Positions 6,918 to 13,055 of a stretch of 13,055 bases of DNA are shown piece after piece (position 1 is the stretch's first letter; each line of letters starts with the position of its first letter). A model generated the notes under the pieces. The model did no database searches. It saw nothing but the letters and a program-made list of their open reading frames with translations, and was not told where the DNA came from. The DNA is from Myxococcales bacterium (lineage in GTDB: Bacteria > Myxococcota > Myxococcia > Myxococcales > Anaeromyxobacteraceae): the NCBI GenBank assembly GCA_038320275.1, contig JBBQEB010000110.1, positions 1 through 13,055 on the forward strand. Direction: 5' to 3'. Made by a program: the position numbers and the translations under genes.

Positions 6918-8327
6918 ATGGTGAAGCAGAGGGCACGTCTCATCGCGAACGGGCTGCGGCTCGTCGACATGCTGATGCTCGGGATCGCCTTCCCGATCGC
7001 CTACTACCTGCGCGACCAGGTGCTCGGTGGGCCGACCGACGGCCTCTATCCCGCTTCGACCTACTGGCCGCTGCTCGCGTCGTCGCTCCTCGTCTGGCAG
7101 CTCGCCACCTGGACGACCGGCCTCTACGGGGCGTACCGCAGGCAGGCCATCTCCACCGAGATCTTCCGGCTCGGCCGAGCGTTCCTGATCCTCGCCGGAG
7201 TGGTGGCGGCCGGTCAGTTCCTCTGGAAGCAGCACGACCTCTCCCGCCTCTTCGTCGGCCTCTACTACGCGGTGGCCTTCGGGCTGCTGTTCGTCAACCG
7301 GGTCGCCCTCCGGCTGGTGGCGCGCGAGGCCCGGCGGCGCGGCCTCAACGCGAAGACCTTCGCGGTGGTCGGCTCGAGCGACATGGCAGAGGAGATCGCC
7401 GGCACCATCCTGCAGCACAAGGAGTGGGGCTACGCCTTCGAAGGCTTCATCGTGGAGGACGACGCACAGCCGCCGCGCGGGGGCAGGGTGCTCGGCTGCC
7501 TCTCCGAGATGGGCCGCGTGCTCGAGGAGCACGTGCTCGACGAGGTCATCTTCAGCGTCCGCCGCGACAAGCTCCAGGACATCGAGGAGCCGGTGCTCCT
7601 CTGCGAGGAGCAGGGCATCGGCGTGAAGGTGCTGCTCAACTTCTTCCCGGCCCGCATCGCCAAGCTCAGCGTCGAGGAGATCGACGGCATCCCCGTCCTC
7701 AACTACTCCACCACCCCCTCCGACGCGGCGCCGCTGGTCGCGAAGCGCATCTTCGACATCGTGGTGAGCGGGCTCGTGGTCCTGCTCCTCTCGCCCTTCT
7801 TCATCGCCCTCGCGATCGCCATCAAGCTCGACTCGCCCGGGCCCGTCTTCTTCAAGCAGCGCCGGGTAGGGCTCAGCGGCCGCGAGTTCTTCCTCTTCAA
7901 GTTCCGGTCGATGTGCGTGGACGCCGAGGCGAAGCTCGGCGCCCTGAAGGCGAAGAACGAGATGGACGGGCCGGTGTTCAAGATGCGCGAGGACCCGCGC
8001 GTCACGCGGATGGGGCGGTTCCTCCGCAAGACGTCGATGGACGAGTTCCCCCAGTTCTGGAACGTGCTGCGCGGCGAGATGAGCGTCGTCGGGCCGCGCC
8101 CCCCGCTCCCCACCGAGGTGAAGCTCTACAAGCGCTGGCAGCGCCGCCGCCTGTCGGTGAAGCCGGGCATCACCTGCACCTGGCAAGTCTCCGGCCGGAA
8201 CGAGATCGATTTCTCGCGCTGGATGGAGCTCGACCTCTACTACATCGACAACTGGTCCCTCTGGCACGACACGAAGATCGTGCTGCGCACCATCCCTGCG
8301 GTGCTGCTGGGGAAGGGCGCGCGCTGA
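6918..8327 (+). CDS. Polyisoprenyl-phosphate hexose-1-phosphate transferase (WbaP/WcaJ family), 469 aa; alternative start at 6900
   Basis: N-terminal hydrophobic helices, a central Rossmann-like region (FAVVGSS), then KRIFDIVVS, DSPGPVFFKQRRVG, FKFRSM, DPRVT, DEFPQFWNVLRGEMSVVGPRP, KPGIT and DLYYI. Confidence 0.94.
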   Translation: MVKQRARLIANGLRLVDMLMLGIAFPIAYYLRDQVLGGPTDGLYPASTYWPLLASSLLVWQLATWTTGLYGAYRRQAISTEIFRLGRAFLILAGVVAAGQFLWKQHDLSRLFVGLYYAVAFGLLFVNRVALRLVAREARRRGLNAKTFAVVGSSDMAEEIAGTILQHKEWGYAFEGFIVEDDAQPPRGGRVLGCLSEMGRVLEEHVLDEVIFSVRRDKLQDIEEPVLLCEEQGIGVKVLLNFFPARIAKLSVEEIDGIPVLNYSTTPSDAAPLVAKRIFDIVVSGLVVLLLSPFFIALAIAIKLDSPGPVFFKQRRVGLSGREFFLFKFRSMCVDAEAKLGALKAKNEMDGPVFKMREDPRVTRMGRFLRKTSMDEFPQFWNVLRGEMSVVGPRPPLPTEVKLYKRWQRRRLSVKPGITCTWQVSGRNEIDFSRWMELDLYYIDNWSLWHDTKIVLRTIPAVLLGKGAR

Positions 8328-8959
8328 TCGCTGGCCCCGACGCAGGGCCCGACGCCGGCCTCGCTGCCCGGGTCGACGGCGCGGCGTCCCTCCTTCGCCG
8401 AGGAGGCCTCGTCGCCTACCCCACCGAGACGTTCTACGCGCTGGGCGCGCTCGCGTCGCACGCGGGCGCGCTGGAGCGGCTGGCGGCAGCCAAGTTGCGC
8501 CCCGAGGGCAAGGCGCTGCCGCTGCTCGCCGCCGACGACGCGCAGGTGAGAGCGGTGGCCTCCCTCGCGTCCTCTCTGGCCTGCCGGTTGGCCGCGCATT
8601 TCTGGCCCGGACCGCTCACCCTCGTCCTGCCGGCCCGGGCGGGACTTCACCCGCTCGTCACCGATGGCGGCCTCACCGTCGCGGTCCGCGTTCCCGGCTC
8701 GGACGTCGCGCGCGCCCTGGCCCGCGCCGCGGGCGGAGCGCTGGTGTCCACCAGCGCGAACCTCTCGGGTGGTCCCCCTGCCGTCTCCGCCTCGGAGCTC
8801 GCGCTCGACCTCGTCGCTCACCTCGACGGCGTGCTGGACGGCGGCCCGGTGCCGGGAGGTCTCCCCAGCACGGTGGTCGGGGAGAGGGACGGGGCACCCT
8901 ACCTCATGCGCGAGGGACGCATCCCCTTCGCGGAGGTGCTGCGGGCCGCTGGGGGCTGA
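8324..8959 (+). CDS. tsaC: L-threonylcarbamoyladenylate synthase (single-domain TsaC/YrdC), ~211 aa, probable CTG start
   Basis: [39 protein letters not shown] and PSTVV. There is no in-frame ATG/GTG/TTG between the upstream stop and PTET. CTG overlaps that stop (CTGA 8324-8327). Confidence 0.9.
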   Translation: MIAGPDAGPDAGLAARVDGAASLLRRGGLVAYPTETFYALGALASHAGALERLAAAKLRPEGKALPLLAADDAQVRAVASLASSLACRLAAHFWPGPLTLVLPARAGLHPLVTDGGLTVAVRVPGSDVARALARAAGGALVSTSANLSGGPPAVSASELALDLVAHLDGVLDGGPVPGGLPSTVVGERDGAPYLMREGRIPFAEVLRAAGG

Positions 8960-8984
8960 CCGCCCGCCGCGGTCGGCGCGCCAT

Positions 8985-9016
8985 CCTTTGCAAAAGGGGG
9001 GCTTCGCGCTAAGGAT
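8985..9016 (+). promoter_or_regulatory. Putative sigma70-like promoter and RBS for hemB
   Basis: AT-rich patch in GC-rich DNA: TTGCAA (8988-8993), N16, TAAGGA (9010-9015). Dyad CCTTT-GCA-AAAGG (8985-8997). AAGGA lies 8 nt before ATG 9024. Confidence 0.4.
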
Positions 9017-9023
9017 TCGGCCC

Positions 9024-10049
9024 ATGCCCTTCCCGGAAGAGCGCCCCCGCAGACTGCGGAGGACCGAAGCGTTGCGCTCGTTGGTGCGCGAGACGGTGCT
9101 CGCGCCCGACGACCTCGTGTGGCCGCTGTTCGCGGTCCCGGGCCGGCGGGTGCGCAACGCGGTGAAGAGCATGCCGGGCGTCTTCCAGCTCTCCGTGGAC
9201 GAGCTGGTGGCCGAGGCGCAGGCGGGGCAGGAGGCGGGGGTCCGCTCCGTCATCCTCTTCGGAATCCCCGAGGTGAAGGACGCCACCGGAACCGGGGCCT
9301 GGGACGACGACGGCATCATCCCGCGTGCGGTCAGGGCCCTCAAGAAGGAGGTCCCCGGCCTGCTCGTCATGACCGACGTCTGCATGTGCGAGTACACCGA
9401 CCACGGGCACTGCGGAGCGCTCGCGCCGCAGCGGTCGGGAGGGCCGGGCCAGGAGCTCTCCGTCGACAACGACGCCACCCTCCCGCTGCTCGCCAAGGAG
9501 GCGGTGGCCCACGCGCGCGCGGGCGCCGACGTGGTGGCGCCCTCCGACATGATGGACGGCCGGGTGGCAGCCCTGCGCGCCGCTCTCGACGAGGCCGGCC
9601 ACGTCGACGTGCCGATCCTCTCCTACGCGGCGAAGTTCGCCGGAGCCTTCTACGGCCCCTTTCGCGACGCAGCCGAGAGCGCGCCCCGCGAGGGCGACGG
9701 CATCCCCAAGGACCGCAAAGGCTACCAGATGGACCCGGGCAACGCGCGCGAGGCGCTCCGCGAGGTGGAGCTCGACCTCGCCGAGGGCGCCGACATGGTC
9801 ATGGTGAAGCCGGCGGTGCCCTACCTCGATATCGTGCGCGCCGTTCGCGAGCGCTTCGACGTGCCCGTCGCCGCGTACCACGTCTCCGGGGAGTACGCCA
9901 TGATCAAGGCCGCTGCCGAGCGGGGGTGGATCGACGAGGACAGGGTGGCGCTCGAGACGCTGCTCTGCTGCCGCCGCGCCGGGGCCGATTTCGTGCTCAC
10001 CTACTACGCGAAGCACGTCGCCGGGCTTCTCACCGGGTCCTCGCGTTGA
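9024..10049 (+). CDS. hemB: Porphobilinogen synthase (delta-aminolevulinate dehydratase), Zn-binding type, 341 aa
   Basis: RPRRLR, SMPGVFQ, Zn motif [50 protein letters not shown] and [14 protein letters not shown]. Confidence 0.97.
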   Translation: MPFPEERPRRLRRTEALRSLVRETVLAPDDLVWPLFAVPGRRVRNAVKSMPGVFQLSVDELVAEAQAGQEAGVRSVILFGIPEVKDATGTGAWDDDGIIPRAVRALKKEVPGLLVMTDVCMCEYTDHGHCGALAPQRSGGPGQELSVDNDATLPLLAKEAVAHARAGADVVAPSDMMDGRVAALRAALDEAGHVDVPILSYAAKFAGAFYGPFRDAAESAPREGDGIPKDRKGYQMDPGNAREALREVELDLAEGADMVMVKPAVPYLDIVRAVRERFDVPVAAYHVSGEYAMIKAAAERGWIDEDRVALETLLCCRRAGADFVLTYYAKHVAGLLTGSSR

Positions 10050-10234
10050 CCGGCGAAGCGCACATCCACTACAAGGTCGTGGAGGTCTCCCCGGTCACCG
10101 AGGAGACGCTCGAGCGCGTCCTCGACGAGCGCACCGCGGAGGGGTGGGGCTTCGAGTCCATGCACTTCGTCTCCCGCGAGGGCTCGCATCGCCCGGCCCT
10201 GGCCTTCCTGTTCTTCACGCGCGTGCGCGAATGA
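10046..10234 (+). CDS. Small DUF4177-like protein, 62 aa
   Basis: [62 protein letters not shown], with a YKVV...LE..L.....EGW.....FLFF.R pattern. TTG overlaps the hemB stop (TTGA), and its own stop overlaps the next ATG (ATGA). Confidence 0.8.
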   Translation: MTGEAHIHYKVVEVSPVTEETLERVLDERTAEGWGFESMHFVSREGSHRPALAFLFFTRVRE

Positions 10235-10794
10235 AGGACGCGCGGCCGGAGGGCTCCGGGTATCCCAAGGCCGACCTCTCCCTTCGCGCCCTGGCGCGCA
10301 TGGTCGACCTCACGCTCGCCTTCGCGGTCGCCAACGCCGCGCGCGAGGCAGGGCCGCCGCTGGCAGCGCTCTACCTCCTCTTCTGCGACGGGCTCATGCA
10401 CGGGCAGTCGGTGGGCAAGCGGCTCTTCGGCGTGCGGGCGATGTTCATCCCGCGCGGCAAGATGCGGGGGGCGCCCGCGGGCTATCGCGAGTCGGTGCTG
10501 CGCAACGCACCCTTCGCGCTCGCGAGCGTGTTCTACGGGCTCACGCTGGTGGGGTGGGTGCTGCTCTTCGCGGTCAGCGTCCCCATCCTCGCGGTGGAGG
10601 CCTACATGGCGATCCGCGACCCTCTGGGCATCCGCGTGGGCGACATCTTCGCCGACACACAGGTGGTGGACGCAAAGGTCGTCTCCAAGGTGGAGGTGAT
10701 CGTCACGAGCGAGCTCGGGGTGGTGGCGCCGCCCCGCGGGCCCGCCGCCGGCGCCATGCCGCGCGATGCTGCGGCGGGCCGGCCCGCCGCCTAG
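10231..10794 (+). CDS. RDD family membrane protein, 187 aa
   Basis: ADLSLRALARMVD, DGLMHGQSVGKRLFGVR, RESVLRN, RVGDIFADTQVV; hydrophobic segments. ATGA overlap at 10231-10234. Confidence 0.85.
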   Translation: MKDARPEGSGYPKADLSLRALARMVDLTLAFAVANAAREAGPPLAALYLLFCDGLMHGQSVGKRLFGVRAMFIPRGKMRGAPAGYRESVLRNAPFALASVFYGLTLVGWVLLFAVSVPILAVEAYMAIRDPLGIRVGDIFADTQVVDAKVVSKVEVIVTSELGVVAPPRGPAAGAMPRDAAAGRPAA

Positions 10795-10811
10795 GAGGGC
10801 CTCGAGGGTCC

Positions 10812-12980
10812 ATGCGCATCGCGCTCACGCACAACCTCCGCCTCTCCAGCTCGGAGGCCGAAGCCGAGTTCGATTCCCAGGAGACGGTGGACGCGCTGGC
10901 GTCCTCCATCGAGCGGCTCGGCCACCGCGTCGAGCGCGTGGAGGTGTCCGGCCCCGCGTCCCGCACCGTCTCGCGGCTGGAGGCCTTCGGGCCGGACCTC
11001 ATCTTCAACACCGCCGAGGGGCGGCGCGGCCGCTTCCGCGAGGCGTTCTTCCCAGCCCTCTTCGACGAGCTGGGGATGCCCTACACCGGCTCGGACGCCT
11101 ACGCACTGACGGTGACGCTCGACAAGGGGCTCACCAAGCTCGTGCTGGCGCAGCACGGCGTCAGCACGCCCCGCTGGCAATACGTGGAGGATGCGCGGCG
11201 GCTGCAGGTGAACGCCCTCCGCTACCCCGTGATGGTGAAGCCCAACTTCGAGGGCAGCTCGAAGGGCATCACGCAGGACTCGGTGGTGGAAGACCCGCTC
11301 CGGCTGCACGAGGTGGTGGCCGCCGCTCTCCAGCACTGGCCGGGGGGGCTCCTCGTGGAGGAGTTCATCCGGGGCCGCGACGTCACCGTGCCCTTCCTGG
11401 AAAAGGCGGCGCCCGAGCGCGGGGGCGTCCTGCAGCCGGTGGAGTACGTCATCGACGAGGGGCTGACGGGCGCCCGCCGGCACGCCATCTACGACTACGA
11501 GCTCAAGACGAAGCTCGACCAAGCGGTCTCGGTGCGCGCCCCGGCCAAGCTTCCCCGAGCCGTGCGCGAGCGTCTACAGGAGCACGCCACCACCATCTTC
11601 CGCGTGCTCGGAACGCGCGACCTCGGGCGCATCGACTTCCGGGTGGGCGACGACGGCGCGGTGCACTTCCTCGAGATCAACGCGCTTCCCTCGCTGGAGC
11701 CGGGGGCCGGCATCTACGCCTCCGCCGCGCTGGAGGGGCTGCACGCCGACGCCGTCCTGGGCGCCGTCATCGAGAGCGCGGTGGCCCGCTGGAACATCGC
11801 CGAGCCGCGCAGCCGCCGCGGCCGGCCTCGCCGGACGGAGCGGCTGAAGGTGGGCTTCGCGTACAACGTTAAGCGCGTCACGCCCGAGCTATCCGGCGAG
11901 GGCGACGATGAGGCCGAGTACGACACGCCCAAGACGCTGCAGGCCATCCGCGAGGCCATCGCGAGCTACGGGCACGACGTGGTGGACCTCGAGGCGACGA
12001 GCGACCTGCCGGTCCAGCTCGCCTCCACCCCCGTCGACGTCGTCTTCAACATCGCCGAGGGCTTCAAGGGCCGCAACCGCGAGTCTCAGGTGCCCGCGCT
12101 CCTGGAGCTGCTCGACATCCCGTACACCGGTTCCGACCCTGCGGCGCTGAGCGTCTCCCTCGACAAGGCGCTCGCGAAGCGGATGGTCCGGACCCACGGC
12201 ATCCGTACGCCAGACTTCCTCGTCCTCCACACCGGCAAGGAACGGCTGCCGAAGGAGCTCGCCTTCCCGCTGATCGTGAAGCCGGTGGCGGAGGGCACCT
12301 CGAAGGGCGTGACGAAGAAGAGCGTGGTGCGGGACGAGGGCGAGCTGCGGGAGGTCGCGCGCGAGATGATCGCGAAGTACCGGCAGCCCGCGCTGGCCGA
12401 GGCGTACATCGCCGGCCGGGAGTTCACGGTGGGCATGCTGGGCGAGCGGCGCCCCAAGGTGCTGCCCCCCATGGAGATCGTGTTCCTCGATCCCGCGGAC
12501 CCGACGCCCATCTACTCGTTCGAGATGAAGCAGGACTGGAACGACCGCATCCGCTACGAGGTTCCAGCGCGCCTCTCGGAGCGCGAGCTGGAGCGGCTGG
12601 AGAAGGCGGCCCGCGAGTGCTTCGCGGCGCTCGGGTGCCGGGACGTGGCGCGGGTCGACTTCCGCATGAACGCCGAAGGGCACATCTACTTCATCGAGTC
12701 GAACCCTCTGCCCGGCCTCGCGCCGGGCTGGTCCGACCTCGTCCTCATCGCCCAGGCGGCGGGCATCGACTACCGGGCCCTCATCGGAGAGATCCTGTCC
12801 TTCGCCATCCGCCGCCACCACGATCGGGAGCGGGAGCGGGAGCGCGCCAGGCGGGCGCAGGTGGCCGCGGCGCGCGAGCCCGCGCATGGCCCGGCTCCGG
12901 CCCCGGCCCCGGCCCTGGAGAGCGCCGCGCCCGCCGTCGCCGCGCCCGAGGTGAAGGCGGCCGCCCCTGAACCGGGTTAG
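10812..12980 (+). CDS. Tandem double-domain D-Ala-D-Ala-ligase-like ATP-grasp protein, 722 aa
   Basis: Domain 1 (~10812-11795): FNTAEG, PYTGSD, DK, VKPNFEGSSKGI, EEFIRGRD, IYDYELK, GRIDFR, LEINALP. Domain 2 (~11844-12815): FNIAEG, PYTGSD, DK, VKPVAEGTSKGV, EAYIAGRE, IYSFEMK, ARVDFR, IESNPLPG. GAGGG at 10804-10808. Confidence 0.92.
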   Translation: MRIALTHNLRLSSSEAEAEFDSQETVDALASSIERLGHRVERVEVSGPASRTVSRLEAFGPDLIFNTAEGRRGRFREAFFPALFDELGMPYTGSDAYALTVTLDKGLTKLVLAQHGVSTPRWQYVEDARRLQVNALRYPVMVKPNFEGSSKGITQDSVVEDPLRLHEVVAAALQHWPGGLLVEEFIRGRDVTVPFLEKAAPERGGVLQPVEYVIDEGLTGARRHAIYDYELKTKLDQAVSVRAPAKLPRAVRERLQEHATTIFRVLGTRDLGRIDFRVGDDGAVHFLEINALPSLEPGAGIYASAALEGLHADAVLGAVIESAVARWNIAEPRSRRGRPRRTERLKVGFAYNVKRVTPELSGEGDDEAEYDTPKTLQAIREAIASYGHDVVDLEATSDLPVQLASTPVDVVFNIAEGFKGRNRESQVPALLELLDIPYTGSDPAALSVSLDKALAKRMVRTHGIRTPDFLVLHTGKERLPKELAFPLIVKPVAEGTSKGVTKKSVVRDEGELREVAREMIAKYRQPALAEAYIAGREFTVGMLGERRPKVLPPMEIVFLDPADPTPIYSFEMKQDWNDRIRYEVPARLSERELERLEKAARECFAALGCRDVARVDFRMNAEGHIYFIESNPLPGLAPGWSDLVLIAQAAGIDYRALIGEILSFAIRRHHDRERERERARRAQVAAAREPAHGPAPAPAPALESAAPAVAAPEVKAAAPEPG
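12825..12914 (+). repeat. Coding hexamer repeats in the ligase tail
   Basis: (CGGGAG)x3 at 12825-12842 encodes RERERE. CCGGCT(CCGGCC)x3 at 12891-12914 encodes PAPAPAPA. Confidence 0.7.
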
Positions 12981-12989
12981 GCCCATGCC

Positions 12990-13055
12990 ATGAGCGACGC
13001 GCCCAGGCCCGCGGAGCCGCGCTGCCGCGCCCGCGAGCTGGGCATCCCGCTCGGC
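12990..13055 (+). CDS. N-terminus of a probable P1/DmpA-family aminopeptidase; runs off the window
   Basis: MSDAPRPAEPRCRARELGIPLG. R-x-RAR[DE]LGI is the typical DmpA/BapA N-terminal motif. Only 22 codons are visible. Confidence 0.6.
   Translation, partial: MSDAPRPAEPRCRARELGIPLG

Noticed and set aside
2925..8959. Apparent long fusion ORFs 2925..4382, 3518..5650 and 6893..8959
   Set aside because: Only the C-terminal parts are real (wzt from 3615, GT4 from 4379, tsaC from ~8324). The rest is off-frame read-through over the preceding genes.
10812..12980. Calling the ligase ddl or a Van-type resistance ligase
   Set aside because: The canonical N-terminal motifs are missing, the architecture is doubled, and there is no mur/fts or vanH/vanX context.
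766..12986. Long antisense and off-frame ORFs (e.g. 766..2019, 5693..6877, 6852..8267, 8240..9550, 11889..12986)
   Set aside because: They are shadow ORFs of well-supported genes, expected in high-GC DNA with few stop codons. Translations are R/G/P/A-rich with no motifs.
12985..12993. Mini-ORF ATG CCA TGA overlapping the peptidase ATG
   Set aside because: It has two codons and no RBS; nothing distinguishes it from chance.

Overview
High-GC bacterial DNA. Gene content and style suggest Myxococcota, Anaeromyxobacter-like (inference, no search run). Positions 1-8327 form a surface-glycan locus: the C-terminal part of an RmlA/SpsI-type nucleotidyltransferase, rmlB, rmlD, wzm, wzt, a GT4-like glycosyltransferase, a convergent GT2 glycosyltransferase and a WbaP/WcaJ-type initiating transferase. 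No rmlC is present in the window. Positions 8324-13055 are a tightly packed + strand run: tsaC (apparently starting at CTG), hemB, a 62-aa DUF4177-like ORF, an RDD membrane protein, a 722-aa protein with two tandem Ddl-like ATP-grasp domains, and the start of a probable DmpA/P1-family peptidase. The best candidate for an undescribed system is the double ATP-grasp ligase next to the DmpA-like peptidase, a possible peptide synthesis/turnover pair. Other notable points are an in-frame chimeric junction near 179-208, a degenerate ~83-bp tandem triplication upstream of rmlB, and the non-canonical tsaC start. I saw no tRNA, rRNA, CRISPR array or transposase.
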